A DNA stretch of 64,000 bases from Felis catus (GCF_018350175.1 NC_058368.1:9796001-9860000); one strand, 5' to 3'. Numbered from the stretch's first letter, positions 49,936 to 62,549 are shown. Program-made: numbers and translations. The notes: generated from the letters alone by a model not told the origin.

Positions 49936-50691
49936 AAAGGTTGCCTGAGAGGTAAAAAAAATACCAAGAGTGCAAAGGAGGTGCAATTAAACTCCATTCC
50001 TTGGGAGGCCAATGATAAGAAATATTAGGTTATCTCTGGGGTATAGTCTTTTAAAGTTAGCTCTTCACTCAGAAATCTGGCTGATAATTATCACAGAAAA
50101 TACGACAGTCCAGCAATATTTCTCCCACTTGTAATCTAGCATACACTAGAATGCATCCAAAGGGAACTTTATAAGTTTTTATAATCAAATACTGGGACCC
50201 CACAATTAACACTCATACATACTACTCCAGGTAGGCTAGATAAGTCTTAGTCTGTATAGAGGTTTACCATATAATCTTTAGTATGAAATTAAATGTATTG
50301 TCCCAAACCAACAGATAGCTCACAAATGCAAAAAGGTCTCATCACATTCACAGAATTAGAATCCTAGAGGTATAAGGTACTTTTGAAAACCTGATTTTTT
50401 TCTTTTAAAGAAATTGGAATTAAGGCTTAAAATGATTTGTCAAAGGTACAAACAATGAGCCTTCAATCCTAGAATCTGTAGCACAGTTGGGACTAGAACC
50501 TCTAGAGGAGCCACCTGCCCATAAAAGTTATTGAAACAGGCAAAACACAGGTCCAGACCAGCGCACGCTCTCCACAAAGTTTCACCGACTACTACCTAGC
50601 TTGTACCTTCCCTGTATGCTTAGATACTCTCTAGTAACAACAGACCTTCATAAATTCTTTCTGAACTAAATATACAAGGATTAAAAAAAAA

Positions 50692-51000
50692 TCTTAATTC
50701 CAGTTTAGTTAGCATACAGTGTTATATTAGTTTCCAGTGTACAATATGTGGTTTTAACAATTCTATAGATTACTCTGCTCACCGTGGTAAGTGTATTTCT
50801 TAATCCGCTTCACTTATTTCATCCATCCCCCCCACCCACCGCCCCTCTGGTAACCATCTGTTTGTTCTCTATAGGTAAGGGTCTGTTTTGGGGTTTGTCT
50901 CTTTTTCTTTGTTCATCTGTTTTCTTTCTTAAATTTCACGTGAATAAAATCATATGGTATCTATCTTTCTCTGACAGACTTATTTCACTAGGCATTATAC
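50692..51000 (-). mobile_element. Carnivore LINE-1 3' UTR fragment
   Basis: TACAGTGTTATATTAGTTTC...CCCTCTGGTAACCATCTGTTTGTTCTCTATAG...ATCATATGGTAT. Confidence 0.85.
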
Positions 51001-51019
51001 AAAGATGGGTTTTTTTTCT

Positions 51020-51239
51020 TAAAAATTTTTTTTCCAATGTTTTATTTATTTTTGAGAGCGAGAGACAGAGTGTGAGCGGGGGAAGAGGCAGAGAGAAAGA
51101 AGGAGACACAGAATCCGAAGCAGGCTCCAGGCTCCGAGCTGTCAGCACAGAGCCCAATGCGGGGCTCAAACCCACAAACTGTGAGATCATGACCCGAGCC
51201 GAAGTCTGACGCCCAATCGACAAGCCACCCAGGCGCCCC
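51020..51239 (-). mobile_element. Felid SINE
   Basis: TSD ACAAAGATGG(G)TTTT. Confidence 0.95.
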
Positions 51240-51587
51240 ACAAAGATGGTTTTAAACAAAAATTGGTACAAGATGCGCTGGTTTCTGTAATGGAAATTAT
51301 GGATTCATTCTGATCCATCTATAACTTATTATCTGTGATTATTGCAAAACACCTAAAAGACAGCTGGAATAATCCAACTAGTATAAGCAAGTACGACAGA
51401 CTTGCTATGAACCTCGTTATTCTACAATTGTGTATTATGGTGTAAAGCATGTAGGTGAACAAGAAGTGGACCAGTGACAGGATCTACATTTTAATACTAG
51501 TTCTGCTCCTAGATAGCTATAGAACCTGAATGACTTCTTTACACTTTCTTGGCTTCGGTGCTCTTATCTGTAAAATGATTAGAAAAT

Positions 51588-52036
51588 GTTTTGGGTCGAA
51601 CGGAGTTCTCCAAAAAGATGCTGCGATCCTAAGCCTCAGTACCCGTGAACGTGACCTTATATGGAAATAGGCTCTTAGCAGATAATAAAGTTAAGATGAG
51701 GTCACAAAGGTGGGCCCTACACCAATATGACCGTGTCCATGTAAAAAGGGGGAAGTTTGGACATAGAGACAGAAATACCAGGAGAAGGCCACGTGAACAT
51801 GGAGAAAGAGATCAGGGCACTATGTCTATAAGCCAAGGACCACCGAAGTCTGCAAGGAAACCATCAGAAGCCAGGAAGAGACACGGAACGGATTCTTCCT
51901 CACAATGAACCATCCACACCGACACACTGGTTTTAGACATCCAGCCTCCAGAACTGTGAGACGATATTAACGATGCATTTCTCTTAAGCCATCGATTTGC
52001 GGTATTGTATTACAGCAGCCCTCACAAACTAAGACG
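51588..52036 (+). mobile_element. MLT1B/C-like MaLR LTR
   Basis: GTGACCTTATATGGAAATAGG...CCAGCCTCCAGAACTGTGAGA...TTACAGCAGCCCT...AACTAAGAC. Confidence 0.85.
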
Positions 52037-52190
52037 TGAGAGAGAACTTGTCAGTATTTTATAGGGTCTAAAATTGAAGAATTCTATGAGAGACGACGAG
52101 TGTTCAGAAAAAAATTCTTGTATTCAGTAGTCTGCAGTATACCACCAGTCTTTCAATGGAAAACGCAAAACGGATCCTCTACAATGATAT

Positions 52191-52377
52191 GCAAGGGATA
52201 ACAAACTTTTCCTGCAGGGACAGACAGTACATGTTTTAGGCTTTGTGGGCCACATAAGGTCTCTGCCATATTGTTATTTTTTAACAACTCTTTAAAAACG
52301 TAAAATTCCTTCTTAGGCGAAGGGATGTACAAAAACAGGGCTCAGGCTAAACTGGACCCACAGTTTGCTGAACCCTG
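52191..52377 (-). mobile_element. MER58-family MITE
   Basis: CAAACTTTTCCTG...TTTTAGGCTTTGTGGGCCA...AGTTTGCTGAACCCTG. Confidence 0.75.
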
Positions 52378-52914
52378 ATGTAGAGGGCTAACACGACCTT
52401 AGGCTCCTTTTCTTCAGAATTCCAAGCCCAAGGGAAACCATTTCAAACTTTTTTTTTCACAAGTAGGTGAAAGATATTTTACACCAGACCAGGCATGCTT
52501 CCAATATCCTTAGGGCTAGCTGTCCCTTCTTGACTACTGTTACTGTTGTAACTATTAGAGTAGTCCAAAGGATAGCAACTTTTTCCATTTTTCCTTTGGT
52601 TACTCTCCACTAAGGGGCATGCACACACAAATGACTAATGACTGTCAGTGACATATTCTCAGAAGGATTAGTACCCCCATGCTATTTCCAGGGCCACTCC
52701 CCAAAGATGCCCCAAAGATATGCAGCTTTCATAGCTCACAAAATGACTGACATCTAGGGATTTAAATAGTTAAGGTGCTTTTCATAGCCATCAGGTATTG
52801 TGGATCTGATAGTGGCAGGGCTAAGTATACAGAAAGTAGGGCAATGGCCAGAGACTTAACATTCCGAAATGATGTCACGAGTCTATTACTGTTGCTTTTC
52901 CTTCCCTTTATTAT

Positions 52915-53127
52915 TATTTTTAATGTTTATTCATTTTTGAGACATGGAGACAGAGCATGAGTGGGGAGGGGCAGAGAGAGAGAGAGAGGGAGTCACTGAA
53001 TCTGAAGCAGGCTCCAGGTTCTGAGCTGTCAGCACAGAGCCCGATGCAGGGCTCAAACCCATGGACTGTGAGATTATGACCTAAGCCAAAGGACGACACT
53101 TAACTGACTGAGCCACCCAGGCACCCC
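52915..53127 (-). mobile_element. Felid SINE
   Basis: Reverse body ending CCAGGCACCCC. Confidence 0.94.
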
Positions 53128-53146
53128 ATTCCTTCTCTTTCTTAAA

Positions 53147-53342
53147 ATTTTTTTTGAGAGACAGCGAGTGAGAGAGAGAGAGAACTCATGAGCAGGGGAG
53201 GGGCAGAGAGAGAGAGACAGAGAGAGAGAGGGAGAGACACCATGGAGCCCAATGCAGGGCTCAATACCACAAACCACGAGATCATGACCTGAACTGAAAT
53301 CAAGAGTCGGACCCTCAACCGACTGAGCCACCCATGCACCCC
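53147..53342 (-). mobile_element. Carnivore SINE (internal deletion)
   Basis: Reverse body with (GA) tract, lacks the GCAGGCTC segment. Confidence 0.92.
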
Positions 53343-53870
53343 TCCTCTTTTTCTAAATTGGGTCACTGCTGTTTTCTCACTAGATGGTTTATGTCAAGTG
53401 AATAACCTAGTACCTAGCATAAAATAGCCACTCCATAAATGTTAAGGCTCTCTCTCCTCCTTCAACTGGGCTATTCAAGTGTTTCTTCTACAAAGTGAAG
53501 ACTAAAAACAACATGGATGATTTTCCTGCTGTTTAGGGAAAATAACTAAAGCCTGTTAAGAGAACATATCTGAAAATATAAAGACTGAAGGTAAAAGAGC
53601 CAGCTACGTGCAGTGGATGTGTGTTGGATAGGGTTGGATAGGGTAGGGTGAAGGAGGGTAAGGAAATAAAAGGAAAAAGGATTATAGCCATGGTGGTAGG
53701 ATAAAGAATAAGAAGATACTTCTAATCTATTCTATTTCAAACACTAGATCATAACTTAATTTGGAAAAGTTTCCTATAATTCATACCTGATTTCTGTTCC
53801 TGTAACAAAAAATTTGGCTTTGAAAAAATATCAATTATTAAACATCAGGTGAAAGGGTAGAAATGGCCCC

Positions 53871-54256
53871 TGTATTAGTTTGCATGGGCTGCCATAGCAT
53901 ACGACTACAGACTTGAGTGGCTAATACAATAGAAATTTATTTCTGAAGGTTACAAGTCCAAGATCAAAGTGTCAGCAGGTTTGGTTTCTTCGGAGGCCTT
54001 TCTCCTTGGTGTGTAGATGGTCACTTTCTCACTGGATCCTCATGTGGTCTTCCCTCTGCACATGAGCAGGTCTGTATTCTAATCTCCTTTCCTTATAAAA
54101 ACACCTGTCATAATGGATTAGGGCTCATCCTGAAGATTTCATTTTAACTTAATGCCCTTTTAAGAGCTGCCCTCCAAATATAGTCACATTCTGAGGTACT
54201 GGGAATTAAAGCTTCGATATATGAATTTGGGAGGGGACACAATTCAGCCCATAACA
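53871..54256 (-). mobile_element. MLT1A/B-like MaLR solo LTR
   Basis: TGTATTAGTTTG...AAGTCCAAGATCAAAGTGTCAGCAGG...CACAATTCAGCCCATAACA; flanks GCCCC/GTCCC. Confidence 0.9.
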
Positions 54257-54899
54257 GTCCCAAAATTTGTCAGCACTGTAGTTTGCATTAATAGTGTGAC
54301 TGCATCTGTGTTTACCTAAATGTCACATCTGCAAATGAAAGAATACCACATGGTGATCTGAATTCATTAAAAGGAATCTCTCCCTTTTATCTATACAAAC
54401 CCAAATCTATGAGTTGTATACATGATTGACTTGATAAATTGCCAGGGCTGGCCCAGGTCTGTAGACAGACCACAAGGAACACCTCTGAAAGATCCCTTTC
54501 CTAATCTTAGCTTCTTCGCTGGCTTGCCACAAAACCTAAAATTCTTTTATTCTATTCCTTCATTGGCATTTTATTTCCTCTGAAAATGTAATTTCTGGAG
54601 GAGTAATACATTAAGTGATCATCAGACATTAACACCTTAGGGTAGAACAGCTAAGATCACAGTGTTATAATAAATAACTAATTCCATCAGATGGAATGTT
54701 CTTTATTATTCCTCTAACATTGGAATGTTAATGACCATCTCCCTTAATAATAAGTTTTAAGATAAAAAGACAAATGACATGCATAAAAACATCTCCTAAT
54801 AAAGAAACTTGAGAAGAATAAGAGGAAGGTGGCGAAATTAACATTTTTGAGTCTCTGTTCTGTATCATGCACTCTGCTAAGTGCTTAATTTTTCTTATT

Positions 54900-55096
54900 A
54901 TTTTTCTTTATTTTTGAGAGCTTAAGTCAGGGAGGGGCAGAGAGAGAGAGAGAGAGAGAGAGAGGTAACAGAGGATCCAAAGCGGGCTCTGCGCTGACAG
55001 CAGTGAGCCTGATGAGGGGCTCAAACTCAGAATCTGTGAGATCATGACCTGAGCCAAAGTCGGACACTCAACTGACTAAGCCACCTAGGCATCCCA
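54900..55096 (-). mobile_element. Carnivore SINE in the poly(A) tail of the large L1
   Basis: Near TSD AATTTT(T)C(T/A)TTATTT. Confidence 0.93.
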
Positions 55097-55249
55097 AATT
55101 TTCATTATTTTTTAAATCGAGGTGTAACTGGCATATAACACTTCCTAGCTTCAGGTGTACAACATAATAATTTAGTATTTATATACAATGGGAAATGATC
55201 ACCACTGTAAGTTTATTTAAAAAACATTTTTTAAAATTAAATTCAAGTT

Positions 55250-55468
55250 GGGGCGCCTGGGTGACTCAGTCGGTTGAGCGACTGACTTTGGCTCAAGTCA
55301 TGGCCTCGCGGTCTCTGAGTTTGAGCCCCACGTCGGGCTCTGTGCTGATCGCTCAGAGCCTGGAGCCTGCTTTGTATTCTGTGTCTCCCTCTCTCTCTGC
55401 CCCTCCCCCACTCATGCTCTGTCTCGCTCTGTCTCTGTCTCAGAAATAAACATTAAAATTTTTTTTTT
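55250..55468 (+). mobile_element. Felid SINE
   Basis: TSD ATTAAATTCAAGTT. Confidence 0.95.
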
Positions 55469-55664
55469 TATTAAATTCAAGTTAATGTATAGTGTAGTAC
55501 TGGTTTCCAGAGAATTTAGTGATTCATCACATATAACACCCAGTGCTCATCCCAACAAGTGCCCTTCTTCATGCCTATCACCCATTCAGCCCATCCCCCT
55601 ACCCACCTCCCCTCCAGCAACCTTCAGTTTGTTCTTTACATTTAAGAGTTTCTTATGGTTTGCC

Positions 55665-56060
55665 TTTTTTTTTTTAATGTTTTATTTGTTTATTTTTGGG
55701 AGGGTGAGAGTGTGGGCGAGGGCAGGATCACAGAGGGAGGGAGAGAGAGAATCCAAAGCAGGCTCTGCAATGTCACCACAGAGCCTAATGTGGGGCTTGA
55801 TCTCACAAACTGTGAGATCATGACCTAAGCAGAGATCAAGAGTCAGACACTTGGGGCGCCTGGGTGGCTCAGTCAGTTGATCATCTGACTCCTGATCTCT
55901 GCTCAGGTCATGATCACACGGTTCATGAGTCCAAGCCCTGCATCAAGCCCTGCGTCAGGATTCTCTCTCCCTCTCTCTGCTCCTTCCCTACTTGTACTAA
56001 TAAACATTTAAAAAAAAAAAAAAAGAGAGAGGTGCTTAACTGAGCCACCCAGGTGCCCCC
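55665..56060 (-). mobile_element. Carnivore SINE interrupted by another SINE
   Basis: Body to ~55852, head remainder CTTAACTGAGCCACCCAGGTGCCCC at ~56035-56060. Confidence 0.9.
55853..56023 (+). mobile_element. Carnivore SINE nested in opposite-strand SINE
   Basis: GGGGCGCCTGGGTGGCTCAG head, poly(A). Confidence 0.92.
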
Positions 56061-57919
56061 TTCCGTTTTGATCTTATTTTTGATTGCTGAGACATATTCC
56101 ATTGTATATACACACACATCTTTATCCGTTCATCAGTTGAACCACAGTAAGTTTAGTTACCATCTGTCACCATACAAAGAAAATTTTTTTCTTGTGAAAC
56201 TTTAGCAACTTTCAAATATGCAAAATGATATTATTGACTATAGTCACCATACTGTACATTACAACCCATGACTTACTTATAACTGGAAGTTTGCACCTTT
56301 TGATCCCTTTCATACCCATTTTTCCCACCCCCCAAAACCCATCCTCTCTGGCAACCCACAATCTGTTGTCTCTACCTATGAGTTTTCTTTTGGTTTTTTT
56401 AGGTTCTAAATATAAGTGAAATATGGTATTTGTCTTTCTCTGATTTATTTTACTTTGCATAATTCCCTCAAGGTCCATCCATGTCCCAAATGGCAGGATT
56501 TCCTTAATTTTGATGACCAATCAGTATTCCATTGTGTGTGTGTATATCACACGTGTTTCCATATCTTGGCTATTGTAAATACTTTGCAATGCTGTTGCAG
56601 CGAGCATAGGGATGCATCTATCTTTTCAAATTATGGTTTTCATATTCTTCATATAAACACCCTGAAGTGAAATTACTGGATATATAATAGTTCTATTTTT
56701 AACTTTTTGAGGAACTTCCATACTGTTTTCCATAGTGGCTGCAACAATTTACATTCCCACCAATGCACATGGGTTCCTTTTTCTCTATATCCTTGACAAC
56801 ATTTGGTATCTTGTCTTTTTGATAACAGTCATTCTAACAGGTGTTAGGTGACATCTCATTGTGGTTTTGATTTGTGTTTATTTGATGAGTAATTTTGAGC
56901 ATCTTTTCATGTATCTGTTGGTCATCTGTATGTCTTCTTTGGAAAAATGTCTCTTCAGGTTCTCTGCTCACTTTTTAATTGGATTGCTTGTTTTTCTGCC
57001 ATTGAGTTGTATGAATTCTTTATAATACTAACCCCTTATCGAATATATGATTTGCAAATATTTTTTCCCGTTCAGTAGGTTGCCTTTTCATTTCATTGAT
57101 GATCTCCTTTGCTATGCAGAAGCTTTTTAGTCTGATGTAGTCCCACTTGTTTACTTTTGCTTTTGTTGCCTTTGCCTTTGTGAGTCAATTCCAAAAAAAA
57201 TCGTTAAAATTCATGTTGAGGAGCTTATCATCTATAGTTTCTTCTAGGAGTTTTACGGTTTCAGGTCTTACATTCAAGTATGTCACCCATTAAGAGTTAA
57301 TTTTTGTTTATGGTATAAGACAGTACTCTATTTTCATTCTTATGCATGTGATATCCAGTTCTCCCAGCATCATTTATTGAAGAGACTGTCCGATCCCCAC
57401 TGTTTATTCTTGGCTCCTTTGCTGTAAACAAATTGACCATATGGCCTTTATTGTGGTGAGATATGTCCCCTCTATACCCAATTTGTTGGGAGTTTTTATC
57501 ATAAAGTGATGTTAAATTTTGTCAAATGCTTTTTCTGCACATATTGAGGTGATTAGATTATTTTTACTCTTCATTTTGTTAATGTGGTGTATCATGTTGA
57601 TTGATTTGCAATCATCAGATATTCAACCATCTTTTACATCATTGGAATAAATCCCACTTGGTTATGATATTTGATCCTTTTAAGGTATGTTGAATCAAGT
57701 TTACCAATACTGTGTTTAGGATTGTTGCGTTTATGTTCATCAGGGATTACTTAGAAAGGGATATTGGCCTATAGTATTTTTTCCATGGTATCTTGTCTGG
57801 TTTTGGTATCAGGGTAATGCTGGCCTTATAAAATGAGTTGGTAAGTGTCCCCTCCTCTTCCATTTTTTGGAAGACTTTGATAGAGAACGGTATTAAATCT
57901 CTGAAAAACAAAAATCTCC

Positions 57920-58051
57920 TGGGCACCATGGTGGCTCAGTCAGTTAAGCGTCCAACTCTTGATCTCAGCTCGGGTCTTGATCTTAGGGTTGTGAGCTCAC
58001 GCCCAGCGTGGAGCCTACTTAAACAGAGAAAAAAAGAAAAAAGAAAAAAAA
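57920..58051 (+). mobile_element. Short carnivore SINE in L1 ORF2
   Basis: tRNA-like head directly followed by A-rich tail. Confidence 0.88.
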
Positions 58052-60239
58052 CCCCACTTTTTTTCAATGTCTGGTAGAATTCACTAGTGAAGCTGCTTGG
58101 TCCTGGACTTTTTGCTGGGAGTTTTTTGATTACTGATTTAATTTCCTTGCTAGTAACTGGTCTATTCAGATTTTCTATTTCTTCATGATTCAGTCTTGGA
58201 AGATTGTATGCTTCTAGAAATTTATCCATTTCTTCTAGGTTGTCCAATTTGCTGGCATATGATCATTCATAGTAGTCCCTTATGATCCTTTGTATTTCTT
58301 TGGTAGCAGTTGTAACTTCTCCTTTTTCACTTCTGATTTTATTTTAGCCCTCTCTCATTTTCTCAGTCTAAAAGTCTGTCAGTTCTGTTTATGCTTTGAA
58401 AAGATATCAAAAGATAGCTTTTCTTTTTCTGATAGAAACATAACTACCCCAGCTTTCTTCTGGCTGCCATTTGTATGAAACATCTTTTTCCATCCCTTCA
58501 CTTTGTCTGTATGTTCTTGCACGTGAAGCCTCTTGCAGGTAGTATATAGGAGGGTCTTGTTTTTCTTACCCATTCAGCTACTCTGTGTCTTTTGATTGGT
58601 GAATGTAGTATATTTACATACAATTATTGGTAAGTGTGTATTTATTGCCATTTGTTGCTTTTTGTCTGTTTCATAGCTCCTCTCTGTTCTTTATTATTAT
58701 CTTACTCTCTTCCCTTGTGGTTTGATGACTTTCTGTAGTGTTATGCTTAGATTCCTTTCTTGTTATCTTTTATATAACTTCTACAAGTTTGTTCTGTGGT
58801 TATGAGATTTACATTTATATATGTTATATCTAACAATCTAAGTTGATAGCAAGTTTAAACACATCCTAAAACTACATTTTTATTCCTCTGCCTATGTTTT
58901 ATTTGATGTCACATTTTATATCTTTTAATTGTGTATTCCTTAACTATTAAATTTGTTACTTTTTGCTACTTTTAACCTTCAGACTAGCTTTCTAAGTAAT
59001 TAATCCACTACCTTTACTACATATTTACCTTTACCAGTGAGATTTTTTACTTTTATATGTTTTCTTAGTGTCCTTTCTTTTCAGCTTGAAGAAATTCCTT
59101 TAACACTTCTTGTAAAGCCAGTTTAATGATGAATTCCTTCAGTATTTCCTTGTCTGGAAAACTCTTTATCCCCTCCTTAATTCTGAATGATAACCTCGCT
59201 GGGTAAAGCATTCTTGGTTGCAAGTTTTTTTTCATTCGGTACTTTGATTATATCATGCCACTCCCTTGGCCTGCAAAGTTTTGGCCAAAAAAACCCTGCT
59301 GATAGTTGCATAGAGGTTCCCTCGTCCGTAACATGTTGTTTTTCTCTTGCTGCTTTTAAGATTCTCTTTAACTTTTGACATTTTAATTACCATTTGTCTT
59401 GTGTAGATCTCTTTGGGGTCATCTTATTTAGAACTTTCTGGGCTTCCTGGATCTGAGTGTCTTTTCCACAGCCAGGCAATCAAGGGACGTCCTCTATGTG
59501 GACTATGCACCTGCCAGCTTTAAAAAGGCAGCCAGAGAGCACAGGGGTAGGGCACGCCTGCCAGCTTTAGCAATATAGCGGGGGAGCACGTGGGCTGGGT
59601 ATGCTTGCCAGCTTTAGTGGGGCAGAAGGGTGCCGTGACTGTTACGTGCCTGCTGGGGCCAGCAAGGTAGGAGAGCACAAAAATGGCACCTGCCAGTGCC
59701 TCTGTCCCCAGAGGAAGTTGCGACAAGTCCCTACTCCTCTGGCAGATGCTTCAAGATTAGCAAACGAAGCTCCTTCATATCAAGTCTAGGTGCTTTTCAA
59801 ACCGCTGCTTTTGTGCCGGGCCATGGGGTGAGTGACTCTGCATGCAAGACCCTTAAGAAAGGATCTCAGTTCCTAGCAGCCTTTTGGTTCTCCTAGACAT
59901 GTAAGCCTCGCTGGTTTTAAACGCCAGTTGTTTTAAAGGTTTGTCTCTTCGACGCGGATCACAAGAGTTGGGGGGACTAACGTGAGGCAGGAATCCCTTG
60001 CTCCTCAGGGAGAAGTGCCGTGTTTGTGAGCTCTCTTCCGGCTGTGGGCTGCTGTGCTGGAGATGGGGTGTTCAGCCAGACTACACCTCTGCCCCTCCTA
60101 CCGGTCTCTATGTGGCCCTTTTATCCTTTGCTGTAGAGGTGCCGTCTCTGGAGCTGTTCCACATGTAGCTGTAGATCGGGTGTGTCTGTGGGAGGACAAG
60201 AGTTTAGGACCTTCCTACGCTGCCATCTTGAACTGCTTT

Positions 60240-60400
60240 TGCTTAGTACTTTAGAAAGCGAATCATTCAATCCTGAAAGTAAGTCTGTAGAGTAGTAGTA
60301 CCCTCATTTTACAGACGAGGAGTCAGGCTCAGATAAATTAACATCACAGAGTTTGCTGGTTGGTAAGGAGAGACTGAAACCCATGTTTTGCTCTGTGGCT
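60240..60400 (-). mobile_element. MIR (continuation of the MIR piece at ~54835-54887)
   Basis: TTCAATCCT...CTCATTTTACAGACGAGGAGTCAGGCTCAGA. Confidence 0.75.
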
Positions 60401-60534
60401 TGCTCGTCTGGTGCCTGTGGTCAAACTACTGGTGCTGAGCTTTAGTTTTCTCATTTTGAAAATGAAGATAATAATGATATTTACTTTTTGTAGCACTGTT
60501 GTGAGGTTTACATGAGAATCAGCACACATAACAG

Positions 60535-60920
60535 TGTGGCAGAATGCAAGAGAACCGATAGCATACCACTTCTGAGACCAGCTTTAAGAAGCCTTGTAGC
60601 CTTCTGCTTTTGCCCTCTAGGAATACTCTGCTGCCATGGTAGGAAGCCCAAGGGAGAATACGAACGAAGAGACCCTGCTCGGAGACAGAGAGAGATGCCC
60701 AGCTGGCAGGAAGCACCCTGGCCTCAGATATGTCAGCGCGGCCGTCTTAGACCCTTCCGCCCCGGGCCAGCCGCCAGCTAACCACAGCTGTGTGAGTGGA
60801 TCCAGGTGAGACCGGCAGAAAAACTGTACAGTTACACACAGAATTGTGAGAAATAAACATTTTTTAAAGCCACAAAATTGTGGAGCAGTTTGCTGTATAA
60901 CAAATGACCATTAGACTAAA
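60535..60920 (+). mobile_element. Old MLT1 (F/G/H-like) LTR
   Basis: CTTCTGAGACCAGC...GCCATGGTAGGAAGCCCAAG...CAGAATTGTGAGAAATAAA...TAAAGCCAC. Confidence 0.75.
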
Positions 60921-61040
60921 ACATGTTAGTTTACTACTCCAAGTTCAAAGTAGAAGAATGAGAGAAGAACTTCATAATCCACACCCTAAAGGTTTCACAC
61001 CCCCAAATTTCCAAGTTTGAAAAACTGATTTTCCTAGGCA

Positions 61041-61233
61041 AACCATAAGACACTCTTGACTACAGAGAGCAAACTAAGGGTTGCTGGAGGGGAGCTGGTG
61101 ATGGGCATCAAGGAGGGCACCTGTGATGAGCACTGGGTGTTGTATGTAAGTGATGAATCACTGAGTTCTACATCTGAGAAACACTACACTATATGCTAAC
61201 TTGAACTTAATAAAATCTTAGAAGAAAAAAAGA
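61041..61233 (+). mobile_element. 5'-truncated carnivore L1 (3' UTR only)
   Basis: GAGAGCAAACTAAGGGTTGCTGGAGGGG...GATGAGCACTGGGTGTTGTATGTAAGTGATGAATCACT; ~22-bp TSD GAAAAACTGATTTT..CTAGGCA/..TAAGGCA. Confidence 0.9.
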
Positions 61234-61792
61234 GAAAAACTGATTTTTCTAAGGCAGAAAATGTAGAGTCTTAGAACTTGCATGTCCCAACCAGCAGGCT
61301 CTGTTTGTCTGATGTGATCAACACTCTTGATAAGCCCTGAGGAAGAATGATTATTTAGTTTAAACCAGGCTGAAGTAAGGTAAGGAGTTCTAAAGTACAA
61401 GTGATCTAACTGACCCTAACTTACTTATTTCCCTGTCTTCGAGAGGCACACCATCAGTCTCTCATCTACATTCTCCCCTGTGGCACGTGATCAGGAATGT
61501 CCTCAGTTTATCAGACTACGTTTCAAGGTTATCCTTCCAATTATGACATGTAAACATTCTCATTTCTGCCTACTTATTGATTATTCCCAAATCTGTAGCT
61601 ACAGCCCAGATGTCTCTCTTGAGATCAAGACTCACATCTCTTAACTGCCTGATGGAATAATCTCATGGAGGGACCCCAGAGTCAGTTTGAAACTGAACTA
61701 ATCATTTGCTCCTCTCTTTCTCTTCTCCCTCTATTGTGAATACCTTTCTCTCCTTCTTTACTACCAGACGAAGTATTTTCTTTTATTATAAT

Positions 61793-61994
61793 TTTTTTTT
61801 AACATTTATTTATTTTTGAGAGACAGAGCATGATCGGGGAGGGGCAGAGAGAGAGGGAGACACAGAATCTGAAACAGGCTCCAGGCTCTGAGCTGTCAGC
61901 ACCAAGCCCGACGCGGGGCTCGAACTCACGAATCGCGAGATCGTGACCTAGGCCGAAGTCGGACGCTTAACCAACCGAGCCACCCAGGCGCCCC
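61793..61994 (-). mobile_element. Felid SINE
   Basis: CpG-rich reverse body; near TSD ACTACCA(G/A)A(C/T)GAAGT. Confidence 0.96.
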
Positions 61995-62549
61995 ACTACC
62001 AAATGAAGTCTTATTTGGACATCGTTTCTTCTGAGAGATCTTTTAAAAATCTCTGGACTAGGTTAGGTGCTAAGCCTTTCTTGAAATTTCAGCACTTATT
62101 CTGGCTATATTTGTATTATGTACAACTGTACATATTATTAAAGTCGTAGACTTTGTATACATTATTACAATTGTACTTATTTTACCATTCACTCAATAAA
62201 TACAACACGTAAACTGACATATGATGCAGTAAAGAAAAATAAAGTAGCACAAAGGGCTGCATCTACCTAGTGAAAGGGGTGTCCTTTTCCATTTGCATAA
62301 AGAGAAAAAGCTTTAAACAATGGCAGTAAACTGCTCTTCAACAGGGGTGTGTGTGTGCACGTGTGTAGAGAAGGAATCTGTAGGCACATATAGATTTTGA
62401 GCCTAGTGAGAAGGGAAGCCACTGGAATGTTTTGAGCAAAGAAATGACATGACCTTACTGATGTTTTTAGTGAGACACTGGTTGGCAGATGGAGAATAAA
62501 CCGTGGGGAAGGGAAGGAAGTAGGGAGAAGAGCAGACTATTGCTATAAT

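Larger units (their letters stand above)
55215..56140 (-). mobile_element. Younger carnivore L1 3' fragment nested in the large L1
   Basis: AACACCCAGTGCTCATC...CCCTCCAGCAACCTTCAGTTTGTTCT carnivore L1 3' UTR; TSD ACCAC(T/A)GTAAGTTTA. Confidence 0.85.
55105..60232 (-). mobile_element. Large LINE-1 (L1MA-like): 3' UTR, degraded ORF2/ORF1 remnants, 5' UTR; internally deleted
   Basis: ORF2 remnants [64 protein letters not shown] (endonuclease); 3' end EILPFGTWMDLEGIM; CAAGATGGC at 5' start (GCCATCTTG 60222-60230). Confidence 0.93.

Noticed and set aside
57747..58573. L1 ORF2-like ORFs as a functional retrotransposon or RT system
   Set aside because: Fragmented by stops, frameshifts, a deletion and a SINE insertion; an ordinary dead L1
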